Assembly (NCBI GenBank): GCA_964016885.1
Contig: OZ024740.1
Coordinates: 194,866,001-194,930,000 of the forward strand
DNA length: 64,000 nucleotides
Source: Eledone cirrhosa
Taxonomy: Eukaryota
Direction of reading: 5' to 3'
Shown here: piece by piece, positions 13,135 through 27,351 of the stretch
How positions within the stretch are numbered: position 1 is the stretch's first letter
How the letters are laid out: every line of letters starts with the position of its first letter
The notes under the pieces: generated by a model
Told to the model about the DNA's origin: nothing
The model's database searches: none
What the model saw: only the letters and a program-made list of their open reading frames with translations
Made by a program: the position numbers and the translations under genes

Positions 13135-13512
13135 TAATTGTTTCTACTTTTGACACAAGGCCAGCAATTACCCAGTACATTACTGGTACTTTATTTTATC
13201 GACCCCGGAAGGATGAAAGGCAAAGTTAACCTCGGCGGGATTTGAACTCAGAATGGCAAGGGAGATAACTCTATGCTTCAAAGCATGTCATCCGACCCTC
13301 TACCGATACTGCCAATTCACCTAATAATTGTTTCTACTTTAGGCACAAGGCCAGTGATTACCCAGTACATTACTGGTACTTTATTTTATCGACCCCGTAA
13401 GGATGAAAGGCAAAGTCAACCTTGGCGGGATTTGAACTCAGATCGTAAAGGGACGTAACTATGCTGGAAAGCATGGCGTCCAACCCTCTACCGATACTGC
13501 CAATCCACCGCC
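13135..13512 (-). mobile_element. Two tandem tRNA-derived SINEs (Meta-domain-like central region)
   Basis: A box TGGCAGTATCGG, B box GAGTTCAAATCC, GCCTTTCATCCTT.CGGGGTCGATAAAATAAAGTACC, AGAAACAATT end. Confidence 0.9.
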
Positions 13513-16500
13513 AATTCACCTAATAATACAGGGCAATACTAGTGCTAAACATTATTCCCAGTCCTTTCCTGCTGGTGAATGTTAAACTAAACTACTAGAA
13601 TTTCTTCTGTATCTATGTTTTTCCTGCAGCCATTGAAGGGGAACACCAACTACTTCAATATCACCAGTCATTGAAGGCTACAAAGTCTATGGGCACAGCC
13701 ATTTCCTCCAGACTAAACCACTAAAAAAATCAGCTTCCTGAAACCTTTATCTTTTGCCCTACAGTATTAACAAAGTAAACCATTTTGATATCATATTTCT
13801 ACTAAAAGATGTCGCCCATGACTTTTAAGTCATTTTGAAAATAATCAAGAATTTGGAGGAAGTTAGAAATATAACTAACTTTCTCATTATTAAACTAGTG
13901 TTTGGAATATAACTTAAGAAAAGTTCTTACATAAAATCATGATGGAAGGTTTCTAGATAAATATAAACACTTTAAAACAAATAGTTTTGAATTGTAAAAT
14001 CAGAGAAGGTTTGAGATGATTTTGTGGTATCAAAAGAGTTAATAAGGAGACAACAAAACAGTTTTCGATATGGTGACCATGCCTACTAGAAATAACAGCA
14101 TAGTCTCCCTCAAATCACACCTCCACCATCTTAAAACAAGGAAAAGACACATTATATAATGTAGATGGGATGGACATAATTGGAATGCCTTTCATCAAAG
14201 ATCTGTTAGAAGAAGAAGAAGAAGAAGAAGAAGAAGAAGAAGAAGAAGAAGAAGAAGAAGAAGAAGAAGAATGATGAAGACAAATTGCATATTATGAAAT
14301 CATCTCATTAAAAGCAATAAACATTTATTTGATTTTTATGTAAATTAAATTAAAGGAGAAAAAGGTTTTATTTCCTTCTGCTGCTGTTATTCTGGATATG
14401 GTGGTGTTGTTGTTGTTGTTGATCCAATTAGTTTTATCAGTTGATACCACTCAAACTTTCTGACAGAATGACCACTATCTCGATTAATTGAAAGTTTATT
14501 TCACGAACCTAAAATATCTCACAATTTATAAATACAAAAAAAAAAAGAAAGATGGATAGAGTCATCAATAACCACTGCACATAGAGACATTCAAGATAAC
14601 ATACAAAAATATGAAAAAGGTCACTTGACTGATTGGCATAAAGTTGCACTTAAACACTTCAATCTGGCTGCTCTGTAGTCATAGCACACAAAACAGCCAA
14701 AGAAATATTAATGGTAAGATAAGGAATTTATCGACAAGATCCCAGTCCTCATTCATTTACTGATTGAGGTGAAACTCGTCCAAACAGACCAAGGAAACAA
14801 TGTTTCCATAGGTCTTTTCAATGCTGATACTATCTACCAGTCACAACTTCTGGCAGAAAGAGCAACATGAAATAAAGTGCCTTGGTCAAGGACATAATGC
14901 ATCACCTGGTCGGAAATTGAACTTGCAACTTCATGATTGCAAATCCAATTCTCTAACCACAAAGCCATGCAGCTTTCTTAGGGATTACATTATGTAGAAA
15001 ATTCTAGTGCCCCACCCCACTCCAAAGTGAGATTCTTCACTTTGTGGCATTTTGTTACAGCCCTTTCCATTCTGAGTTCAAATCCTGTCAAAGTCAACTT
15101 TATCTTTTCTCTATCAGAGGTTAATAAAATAAAATACCCGACAAGTACTGAGGTCAATATAATAGACTTTCAACATCCCTCAAATTGCTGGCCTTGTGAC
15201 TAAGATAGAAATGAATATTCTTCTTATTATTGTTATCAACATCAGGCAGTGAATTGATAGAATTGTTAGAGTGTCAGATATGTCTTGTAGTATATGTTTT
15301 GACATTTTGCACTCTGTGTTCAATATACCATCAATTTTGTCTTTCATTTTTTGTTTGGTTAATAAATGAAAATCTCATCCATGTTGGTGGGTTTGCAAAA
15401 TTTTTAAAGTATTGGGGTCAGATGCCTTGTGGTATTTGTTATGGCTCTTTGTATTCTGAGTTCACTGAATTTGATGAGAGTTACAGAAAGAAAAAAACAA
15501 AAACAAAAACAATCTAAAGAGAAGCTGCTTTAAAATCAGAAAATGATCAGCATAGATTTGGAAAAAATTAAGATTATACTCATTAGGGAAACAAGAAGGG
15601 AGAGAATTGGCAAAAATATGATGCAGAGACATTGAGCCCCAGTCTCACATGATTATGTGAAGACACATGGTCTAATACTTAGGATGCTTTATGTACAATT
15701 GTAATGTTGTCTGTTCAGTTCAACTCCTAGACTAGGTTGTGTGTTGTGTACTTGAGCCAAACATTTTATTTCCAGATATTTACTCAGCTAAAATGAGTAC
15801 CAGCAATAGCTGGGGAGTTAAACCTACAATAGACTGGCATCCTGGCAGGGAATCTCTTGTACTCTCAATCACTTATCACCAAGGAAGCCAAGGTTAAGTA
15901 CCAGTCCATTGAGCCTTCAGCTTAGAACAGACTCACATGATTATGGAGCAAACTTCTTAACAACACAACCATGTCGCTATCTTTTAAACATGATGATTTC
16001 TTCTTTGACAAGTGTAGAATGAGGATATTTTCTCTGACATTTCCATTAGTAAAACCAACGAAACATAGAGAAAGGGTTGCAACAACAGCAGCAACATCAA
16101 CAACAACAACTGCACAACCTCTGAATATTGTAATGAAAACATAGTAAATTGGCAGATTAGCGTGTTGGATAAAATGTCTTGTATTTGTTCCAGTTATAAT
16201 AAACAGAACACCTATGGATCATTGTCTTCTAACTATGGCCATTCTGGCAGAACTTATATATTGACATTTGTATATCATTTTTGGAATATGTTTATAATTG
16301 TTAACATCACAAAACATCATATTACATATGCAGAATTATATGAAAGATTTATTTGAAACATATAACATAGAGAAAATCTTCAACAAGAATGTGTGTGAGT
16401 GAGTGTGTGTGTGTGCAAATATGTTTATGTTTAAAATGCTATTCAAATTTTATTTGATATAGACACAAGTTTCTTCTAGGTGTTATCAAAATTTTCTTTT

Positions 16501-17009
16501 AAAATGCTATTTAGAAAGTCTTTTATTATCATTTCATTCACATCTAGGATTCATTATAGGAATTGACCACAGTGCTTGAGTAGTGTTTGATAAAGACAAA
16601 ATACTTTTCCAAGTGTTAAGAGTTTATTCCAAACTTTCTCCTAAATATGTGAGATAACCATGAAAGATTTAATTAAAATTAATTAGAATATATATTTTGA
16701 AAGCAGAGAAGTTACAATAAATAATGATTTTTCTCTTTCATTATCATGCAACGTTTATTTCAAGTGTGACCTATCCTATCAATTCAATCAGTTTCTACCA
16801 TCTCCTTTATTTTAATTAGTTCATGCCATATACTCTTTGCTCCTTCAAAATATGGCCAACAAACTCTCTTCTTTAGTCAAAACAAATAAGATTTGTTTGT
16901 ATACTTTGTGAGAGACGAATGAGAAGGTTTTCATTCAGACATATTTCATTGATATCATCATCCTCACTGCTGCCACCACCACCACCACCACACAAAATTC
17001 ATTTTGTTG

Positions 17010-17410
17010 TGACACCATTTTACAAAGTGTACTGGGTGTATTTTTTCATGGCATCACCACTACCACTTTACAGAGTGGGAGGGGGGGGGGGGATTTTATT
17101 GTAACACTAGGATTACCACAGAGTTTACAGAGTGCATTTTATTGTGGCTCCAGCACTACTTCTTTACATAGTATCCTGGGTCAATTTTACAGCACAACCA
17201 CTTTACAAAGTGTACTGGATACTTCATTGTAGCACCAACATTACCACTTACAGAGTGTATAGGGTGCATTGTATTGTGGCACCAGCACTACCTCATTACA
17301 GAATATACTAGGGGCATTTTATTATGGGACCAGTATTACCACTTTACAGAGGGTATGGGGTGCATGTAATCAATGTACAAGCTCTGCCACTTTACAGAGC
17401 ATACTGACAA
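17010..17410. repeat. Degenerate 40-45-bp minisatellite related to the RTE 3'UTR subrepeat
   Basis: Repeated CCACTTTACAGAGTGTACTGGGTGCATTTTATTGTGGCACCAGCAC-like units. Confidence 0.7.
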
Positions 17411-18363
17411 TACTATAGTATTCTTATAAAATATTTATCAATCTTTTATAGTTTTATTAATGATAAGGCAGGGGCACTACATTGAAGGGATCTAGTCTAT
17501 TATATTGGCTGCAGTAATTTGTATAACAATAATTTTATTAACCTTGAATATGTGTGAGTATGTACCTATATAAATATACATGTACATAAATACATATTTC
17601 ACCGACAAGGCTATAGTAGAAGACACTTGCACAGGTAACCATGCAATATGATTGAATCTGAAACCATATCATTGTGAAGCAAAGTTTTTAACCAAACTAT
17701 CATGTTATTTAAAACCTCCTCCTCCTTGGAATTCTCTTCCTCCTCATACTTGTTGTTGTTGCTATAGGAACTACACATCACTTTCACAGTATGGAGTACT
17801 AAGTTGAATAATGGTTTTACTGGTTTCAACTAGTAATGTCTCAGCCACATATATTTGTACATATGCATACATATGTACTTAATGGTGGTACTTGCTGATT
17901 CAGAATCTGATGTTTTATGTCTTTGCAATGTATAAGCACTTACAATGGACAAATTTAAGAGGTTTCAGGTGTTCTGTTTCACTCTTCAAGAATTATCAAA
18001 TATTCTAAGCTGATTTCAAAGATATTTTATATATCAGGTTTTTTCATCTGATATTACAATAATCTACAAATTTCACCAGCTCAGCATTTTCATTCTGAAC
18101 ATAAAAGGATGTGCTAGCATATCTGATCTAAAAAGCCAAGAAATTTTAATTTCTTAAAATGATTTGGCTTACTGAATCATGTATGCTAGATTGTGTACAC
18201 TTTATTATTTATTTTTGATACAGCAGGTGTCTCTGGGTAATTCCACACCAAATCCACCACACTGACATTCTCTTCTAGTTTAAAGTGATTGTACTTCATG
18301 ACATCAATAATCATTTGGAAAATGGTTATTGATGTCATGTGGAACAAACATCTCTCCCTAGTT

Positions 18364-18404
<41 letters not shown>

Positions 18405-18967
18405 CCATGACCATCACCATTCAAGTTATACATACAAAATATGAGGAGAGGAAAATTTCACCAGTTCAGCATTTTTGTTTTCTTATTAGTAGAGAAGGGT
18501 GCTAATATATTGGATGCAGTAAGCTGATAAGTATTAATTAATTAAAATATTTTGGCTTACTAGATCATGTATACTTTGTGAGTTAAGTTCTTGTACAGCA
18601 TGTGTCCCTAGGTAATCTTCCATAGCTGTTCTTTATATTCTTATCTCTCTTAATAATCTATATCAGTGGTTTTCAAAACTATTTTGCAGCAGAACTCATA
18701 CGATTTTCTGAAAATCATGGATCCCTTACCTATATTTTATTAACAATCTCCACAAATGTAATTTTGAAAAGCTATTAGGTGAAACAAAAATTGTTTTAGG
18801 GAGAGAATTCATGCATATAAAAAATAAAACAATGTTTTTACTATTTTTTTTTTTTTTGTAGAACACACTTAGGTGTAAAGGAATTCTATAAAAAGATAAA
18901 TGAACTCCTGCCAGTTTTCAGAATGAGAGATCTGGTTGTTTGGTCAATGGAATAGTATATTAGTTAA

Positions 18968-19175
18968 CCCTTAAGCATTTACCTTACTCAACTATTGTGT
19001 TTTTGAGGTAAAGATGTTATCTCACATAATATTGAATCTATGGAATTTTGATGATGACATTATTTATTTTGAGAACAATACCTTAATGTTGGTTTAAGCA
19101 GCCAGTTATGGCCAGTTTGAAGAGAAAGAGGTGAGACAATTTTAGTTGGATATGGCTGGTTTAAATGCTAAAGGG
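18968..19175. mobile_element. piggyBac-type MITE
   Basis: TTAA|CCCTTAAGCATTT...AAATGCTAAAGGG|TTGA; same family as 55209 and 61562. Confidence 0.75.
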
Positions 19176-20781
19176 TTGAATTAACATGTAAGTGACTGAA
19201 TATTTCACAAGTACATATACCTTTAGTGAATTTCTCAAGAAGATTCAGCATGAGATAATATGTGACAAGTTTAAACTGTTGAATGACAGCTATAGTTCAT
19301 CTGATGAGCTTTTAAACAGGTCCTGTTTACTCGATTTCATCCACAAGGCGTGGGTTTGCCCAAGGACATAGTAAAAGACACTTGCCCAAAATGTCAAGCA
19401 TTGGTATTCAACTCAAACCTCATGATTGTGAAGCAAACTTTTTAACCATTCAGCTGTGCTGTGTCTATGATTGTATTTCAAAAATAAGTATTTATGTCAA
19501 GAAGAACACAAACAACTCTAATTATTCATACTTGATACACTTTGCTGAAGAGAAATACTATGTTGATAAAGTCAAGTCACAGACAAGTAGGTATTAATCC
19601 TAAGGTCAATATATTATGATATTATTTACATGTTACTTTGATGATAGTGATATAACCTTTTCAAAAACTTAACTGAATGATTTCAGAAGGGAATGTGTGT
19701 GGTGTGTGTTTGTGAGAATGTGAGACAACTATCTAGAATGCAAGGAGTATATATATATATATATATATACCTTTCTAAAGTATATATACACTTATAATTA
19801 AATATAAAATGTAATAGTATTCTATATTAGGGATTATATTATTACACATATAGCTTATCTGTTATGACATATTAACAGCTGTATAATCCTTCATAACATA
19901 TACCTTGTCCAGTAATGAATAGATAACAATCTAAAGAAACCTTTAATGTATGGTAGTAGAATACACTGTATTTAAAATCAGGCATAAATATACAGGGTTA
20001 TGTAACAGAGATCCAATGGTATCACATTATATTGTGTATTAGAACAAAGAATTTTAATAACTGAATTGAACTTAATTAGCTAGTTACCTCCCCTTACACA
20101 TTAGCTCCCCTTATTCACTTCCGGAAATTAACGATTGAAAATTTAACGGTTGATCAAATATAGTCTATGAATATGAATTCATTAAGACTAATTTACAATC
20201 CATTGCTCTAACTAATATAAACATTATATATAAACATTATATAAACATTAACTAAAATTTAATTCAACATATGTCATGGAAAAGTCTGCAAAAACTGTGT
20301 TTCTCAACACACATTAATTCGAACACCATCAACATTCAACACCCACCATAGACATTAACACATTTGCTTCAACTGCAGTATTTATTCATCTATATATGCA
20401 TAATAGCTTTGTTTGTCTCCTTCTCGTGTATATGACTTATGCAGTCACACTATCCACATGCCTGCATATGAATTGTTATCGCACTCTTCCTTTCTCAAAA
20501 CTGCTTCCTCAATGCCTCTTTAATATTTGGACTATTCCCTTGTTTTAACTGTTGCATGTATTCCATTCCGTGATTTTAATTTTAATTTTGATTTGAATTT
20601 GAACTTGAATACAATTCTCGTAAAATATATATCACATCCATTCCACCCTGTAAATACGAAACTGTTGCTCACAACATCAATTTATATGTATCTATGCTAG
20701 TGTTCAGTTGAATAGGAGGTTAATTATATGTGCAAACATCGATAATGCTCCGATGACTCCAAACGAAGAAAAGAATCCCCA

Positions 20782-20824
20782 GTCACTGAAGAGGTCACAG
20801 AATGAGTGACGAAAGAACTTTGAC
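20782..20824 (+). ncRNA. Minimal type I hammerhead motif
   Basis: GTCA-CTGAAGA-G-GTCAC/GTGAC-GAAA-GAAC-TT|TGAC; (TA)n about 130 bp downstream. Confidence 0.65.
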
Positions 20825-20951
20825 ATATATGAACAACCATCCGGTTGTTGAACCAACCAACCAAATGGAAATTTATAAAATTTATAATAAATTGAAGTGA
20901 AAGCAACTGGTGCGTGTGTTTCTTATTGACAACATGACCCTCCCAAAGTAT

Positions 20952-21008
<57 letters not shown>

Positions 21009-21275
21009 CATATACATAGAAAATATCTATGTGGAAGATTTGGAGGAGTTAGAGTGCCACAGAAAATGTTATCTGTTTAATAGCTGCAGGAGTTCAATCA
21101 GCAATGCATCCAAAAGGAATGAGGACTTTACTGTAGAACACTGATACCAGAAAGACATATATTATTTATAAGGAGCAGGAACGAAGTTTTGACAAATGCT
21201 AGTGTGGAAGATGGACGTTAAACGACGGCGATGATGTATGTATGTATGTATGTATGTATGTATGTATGTATGTAT

Positions 21276-24200
21276 AACTCTTTCTCTTAATTTCGAGTAT
21301 ATTTTTTTTGACCGGCCACCTTACTGGTGACAAGGTTGTAAAAGAAAAGAAATTGTCATCCCTTGAATCGCAAGAATGTTTTGCAAATTTTGAAGGTGCC
21401 AGCTATCGCAGCCATTTGTAGACTATGAATTAGGGAGCTGCGCTTTTTGTCCGCAAATCCAAGTTCAGTCATACTTTGGTCTAAGTGGGTTGGTATATAA
21501 CCCGTAGCACCAATAATGATGGGTATGAAGCTAAAGGTGTATCTTGGATACTGGATTTGTAAACTCCTCATCAATGGTCCGTAGATGTCCTCCTTCTCCT
21601 GTATTTTTCTGACAACGTTTACATCAAGTGGACAGCTGATCTCCACAACAGAACACGTTTTCAATGTGTGGTCCCAAACAACAATATCAGGCCGGTTGTG
21701 CTTTAATTTGGTGGCAGTTTTTATTTTCAGGTTCCACCAGTATTCCTTAGTGCCATCTGTCTCAATATATTCTTCCTCGTTTGTTGTTAATTTTGTTTTC
21801 CGAAGTGCATTCCAGATGGTTCTAGCTATCCCATTGTGTTTCATGGGGAGGTAGTAGCGAGATGACATTCTTTCGCAGCTGGCAACAATGTGGCTTACAT
21901 CCTCGATCTTTGTTTTACATAGCCTACATTTATTGTCAGCTGCTGGCCCTCCTCTTTTGTGCAGCAGATATTTGGTAGGGAGTTCTTGTTCCTGTATTGC
22001 ATAGAGATATCCCTCAAGGTGTGATGTCATAAACTTGTTGGAACTCCATGCCAGGCTTTTTGAGTGGTTTATCGTCTCTATGTTCTGTGTTTTACGTCTC
22101 AAGTATCCATGCACAACTTTTTCTGTAAATTGGTCAATTTTTTTATCTTGTTTGAACATTGAATAGGATCTTCCGATTTCTCTGGGTGAGAGATTTATAT
22201 CAGGCTTTATTCCATATCTCTCCTCCAGATCAGTCGCTATTCTAATGATATTTTTTTTTTCATGCTCATAAACCTGGGCAAGATGGTTGCCAACCTTTTT
22301 CCTCTGTTGAAGGTGTTGCTTCAGTGTTACTATCCGGGTCTCATATGTTGTTAATATTGATTTTAGACCCCGGCCACCTTCCTTGCATGAGAAGTATAGC
22401 CTATCCACATCACCATTGATGTTAAAGTTCCCAGTAACACTGAGAAGTTTGCGAGTTCTAACATCCATCTCACTTAGTTCTTGCAATGACCAGTTCAGCA
22501 GGCCAAATGTTGGCGTTAGAATTGGCACAGCATAAGTATTGTGGGCAATGTATTTGTTGTACGCTGACAGTTCTGATGACCATATTTTCTTTACTCTTCT
22601 GAGGTATTCAGTTCTGGTTCTCTCCTTATTTATGGGTCCATCATATCTGACATTCTCATCCTGTCCAAGATATCTGTAGTTGTCACCTGACTGTACAGGT
22701 TGTATTGTCAGGCCATTCATCTCTAGATTTCTAGAGGAGGGCACAGCTCTTCCACGTTTTACTCACCAAATTTCATTTTGATGTCGGTTGAAAATTGTGT
22801 AATGAGGTCCAATTGTTTCTTGATGTCATTGATATTTGGCCCATACAACTTCAGGGCATCAACAAAGAAAAGATGGGAGATACTTCTGGACCCACTTCTT
22901 TGTCCACCTTGTTTCCTGAGTAGGTAAGATAGTGGATTTAGTGAGAGAACGAAGAGTAGCACTGACAAGATATCACCCTGCAAGATGCACTTCTGGTAAT
23001 GTATCTATCAGTCTTAACTTGCTCCTTCTCACCTCTAAGGATCAAATTGGTGTACCAGTTCTTGGTCAGGCGTTCAACAGCATCTACCAATGGTTTTGGG
23101 ACTTTGGCTAACTGTAAAGCCTTAATAATCCACCCATGAGGTACACTATCAAATGCTTTTTGATATCCAGCCACACCACAGTCATGTTTCTGCGATTCTT
23201 TGTTGTTTTTTCTTGAATCATTTTATTAGTTAGTAGGTGATCTATGCAACCCCACACCTCCCTCTTTCCACCAGCTTGCTCAGGTGTTATGATGTTGTTG
23301 GTAGCACAGTGATCCTGTAAGAACAGGTTAAGGCACCCAGTATATAATTTATACATGATGTTTTGGCAGGCTATTGGGCGGTAATTTTTAGCAAGGGTGG
23401 TTTGGCTATTTTGGGGAATGAGGAGAGTAGTGGCAGTTGATAACCATCTGTGCAGTTCTTGTGTGCCTTTAATGGTTTCTGTAAACAGCCGTATGAGAAC
23501 TTGCCGATAGAAAGTGAAATTCTTCAACCAGTATCCTGTAATGAGGTCTGGGCCTGGCGATTTCCTATTCGACATTTTCTGTAGAGCTGTTTCCAGTATT
23601 GACCCATCTATGTCAAATTGTTTTGTCTGGACATGTTGGCAGTAGTCCTGTTACAGTTCTTTTAGCCAATTAGTTTGTCTGTTGAATCTGTCATCCGTTT
23701 CCCATACAGATCTCCAGTAGCTCTCAACCTGTTCTTTTGAAGGGGTGTCATTTACAGGGATTGAGCTTTTCCCACCGAAGCTGCAATAAACTGATTTAGG
23801 ATCTCTGGCAAACAATCTATTTAGCTCTTGTCGTTTATGTGCTGTTGCCTTATATTTTAGTCTTTCTGTTGTAGCTGTGAGTTGTTGTTTCAACTGGTGT
23901 AATTTGGAGTTCAAAGTTTTAAATTTTGTATCTCCAAATCGTCTCTCTAACTTTTTTTTTAGGTCTTCCTGGTGTTGTGTGAAGTTGCTCTCTATGTTGC
24001 ATTTCATAACGACTGCGATGTGTGAGATACTTCGTCTCAGGGACAAAATTTTGGTTTTTAAATTTCGCATCCACGCTGGTTCAGGCTTTCTGTTTGTATC
24101 TTGATTGCGTGGTTTTAGATGTGTGTTATATGATAGCAATGTGACAGCTGAAACATGTAACAAAATATTAAGCGTTTCAAATGTCGTTTCTACTCCTTTA

Positions 24201-25429
24201 GATCGTATAGCCTTCAGATAATTGCCAGCTATTTCGTTCACCGCTTCCAATTCCAATTTAGTGGGTTCTTTACTGACTCTAGTCTGTCACTCACATTAAG
24301 GCTGTGTATCTCTTGAAACATATCGTTCCATATCACTTGTAGGGTGTCCAAAAGTTTTTGGTGTTCTGTTTGTACAGTAGAGTCATGAATTTCAGCCTCA
24401 TTGTTGATGTGGTGACAATTGCTACTAGAGTTAGCTGACCTTTCTCGCTGTTCTTCAGTGGAAGTGGGATGGATTTCAGCAAAATTGTTGGTGAGCTGTT
24501 CACTGTTAGATTTAGCTGGCCATTCTCTTTGTCTGTCAGTGGAGGTGGGGTGGTTGTCTACAAGGGCTGTATTTGTAGTATCACTCAATTCCGTTAGATG
24601 TATCAATTTACGTCTAATGATACGTTTTGCCTGTTCATTTAAATGCTTTGGAGAAAAGTCTAATTCTGGGTGTTTGGAGTTCCATAAAATTCTTAGCCTT
24701 TGCATAAAACCGAACTTTTGGGGTTCAGATTGTTTGTATGCTTCATATAATTCTTTGTTAAGCTCGTAGCTCCACTGTATACAATGGTTGTAGTTGCGAT
24801 TTGGTCGAAGGAGACTTGTACTTTTTGCCATGATGAGTTCGTCTATTCACTAATATTTCGTATTTATTTTTCAAAATAGTCGATGATCTTCTTTAAAAGT
24901 TTCGACAAAGTTCTGTCAGAATCAAATTTAAAGTTATTCACAGATTGGGTAATATTTCTTTTCAGTTAGTTTTTAATTCTACAACTGTGTTTTAAACGTT
25001 GTTCTTGAATCGTTTGAATCGAGAACAAAAAGAACCGTTACTTAGTATATTTCTTTATGAATGTAATATAATATAACAACACTGTATTTATATGTTAAAG
25101 TTTATGTATCTATCTATTCACAGTTCAAACACTTATGTTTTTGTTTCTGAATCAAAAACGTTACTTGTATATTTCTTTATAAATGTAATATAACAACGTT
25201 GCATTTATATGTTAAAGTGTATGTGTCGTTCATATATCATAAGTGTATGTATCGTTCATATAAATAGGTGTTTTACAACACTCAGTTCAAACACTTATGT
25301 AGAATTATTGTATGTAATCTTACCGCGTAATGTAGCTCAACTTTTTCCAATATATGGTATGTTGCCTTCATGTAAGCCGTAATTACACACATCCGATTAT
25401 CGGACACTGACCACAATGGTCGCCATTAT

Positions 25430-25430
<1 letters not shown>
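21276..25430 (-). mobile_element. Near-full-length, frameshifted R4/Dong-like non-LTR retrotransposon (RT, CCHC, RLE)
   Basis: ORF pieces 24831 to 21356: SPGPDLI..YWLK, NYRPIAC, QGDILS.LLF, SHLFFVDA (D>A), YRYLG, CRLC..EDVSHIVASC, HNRPDIV..VVEISCP; (ATGT)n on both flanks. Confidence 0.9.
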
Positions 25431-25463
<33 letters not shown>

Positions 25464-25484
25464 TGTATGTATGTATGTATGTAT

Positions 25485-26094
25485 GTCAGGTCACCAGTTG
25501 GTGCTACTGGTAACATGTATCCCAGTACAACCTGTCCCATGGTCGGGTCGTTGGCGACTAAACTGGCAACCCCACCAAGGTTTCTTGGAGAGGAGGGTGA
25601 CTTTGGACATCCTGCAGGTCTAAAAATAAAACCTGTCAAAGGGCAAAGGAGCTCTTAAGAGTCAATGGCCATCCAAAATCACCAGGAGAGATGACCCCTT
25701 AGCCTTTGTCAAGGCACAATTCTAAGAGAAGGAAAACTCTGATATAACACCTGCAATCCTGATGGTATCCAATGATGTTGACTTGTTCATCTGTTTGGTA
25801 AATATCATCTTGGTTAAGAGAGGGGGACTGGCTTTGTGCCGTGCCTTTGCTCACTATAAAAGCTTTACAGCACAGGCATTACTTTATATCTGGAGATCTC
25901 TCTGCACTTGTCGTCACATGGTACCATGGGCCCAGAACTATATGTCAATAATTGTCACAAGTGTAGTGTTTGTACCAGAGTTTTCAAGTCGCTGGCTGGA
26001 CCAAAAAGTCACACTCGTTCAGCACATCGGTAAGGGTTGTCCTACATGGATATAAAGTAGTGGCCGTACTCGAAAACGAGTTGGCAGCCACCAT
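25485..26094 (+). mobile_element. Internally deleted RTE-like element: 5'UTR-like part joined to a zinc-finger-coding 3' end and (ATGT)n
   Basis: 25485-25680 is homologous to 40680-40878(-); 25795-26094 is homologous to 45351-45650(-), encoding CHKCSVCTRVFKSLAG..HTR. Confidence 0.7.
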
Positions 26095-26499
26095 GTATGT
26101 ATGTATGTATGTATATAAAGTGTATTGGTGTGTAGCGTTTAGTTACTATTGGTTCACCAGTTTGACACCTCAATGCTATTATGGGTCCAGGTATTGATGT
26201 GGTATTCTACATTTGGTATTTCCATGTAGTCAATATCCTTAAGAAGCAGAGTGTTAATCATATTAATAATAAGGAGCAGGAACAAAGTGTGAAAACTTCG
26301 TTCCTGCTCCTTATAAATAATATATGTGTTTCTGGTATCACTGTTCTACAATAAAGTCCTCAAATTCCTTTTGGATACATTGCTGATTTAACTCCTGCAG
26401 CTTTTAAACAGATGATATTTTCTGTGGCACTCTAACTACTCCAAATCTTCCTGATTGATATTTTGAACATTTCAGATATATGTAGGGATAAGCAAACAT

Positions 26500-26720
26500 G
26501 AATCCTAGTTTCTTACTACAAAGTCAGAAAACAGCACAACTCCCATGACTTTCGGAAACATTTTTTCATGCTCAGAGTTGCTGAAGCATGAAAACAAACT
26601 ACCTGCATCAGTTGTCAGCTGCCGAGACACTGCATCCTTTAAAACCTCCATACCTAATATACCCCCTCCATACACATGCAGACATGTATACCATGACTCA
26701 TTCACTGTTCACTATATATG
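26500..26720 (+). mobile_element. CR1/L2-like LINE 3' remnant (another at 62065-62270)
   Basis: RKHFFMLRVAEA..KLPASVVSCRDTASFK, a typical F..RV...WN.LP..VV terminus. Confidence 0.65.
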
Positions 26721-26849
26721 CACCTTATATGTCAATTTATTTCTAGTTGATATAAAATGCTCGGATCTATTCATTGGAATCTTTGAGCTTATTCTGCAGT
26801 GGATATGGCGCATGTCTCTCAGACATGACAACCCTTAATTTAATTTTGG

Positions 26850-27095
26850 CATATATATAGATATATATATATATATGTGTGTGAGCACACACACATATAT
26901 ATATATGTATGTATATATATATATATATATACATACATACACACATATATATATGCATGTATATATATATATATATATATATATACATACACAGATATAT
27001 ATATGTATGTATATATATATATATACATACACACATATATATATGTATGTATATATATATATATATATATATATACATACACACATATATATATG

Positions 27096-27151
<56 letters not shown>

Positions 27152-27156
27152 CACAC

Positions 27157-27195
<39 letters not shown>

Positions 27196-27204
27196 CATAC
27201 ACAC

Positions 27205-27282
<78 letters not shown>

Positions 27283-27297
27283 ATACACATATATAAT

Positions 27298-27347
<50 letters not shown>
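26850..27347. repeat. (TA)n/(CA) compound microsatellite
   Basis: Direct reading. Confidence 0.95.

Positions 27348-27351
<4 letters not shown>

Noticed and set aside
13325-13512. tRNA genes
   Set aside because: A and B boxes are present, but the bodies continue into SINE central and tail regions in many copies.
25300-25430. HDV-like ribozyme at the 5' end of the Dong element
   Set aside because: Only two small hairpins seen; I could not build the nested double pseudoknot.
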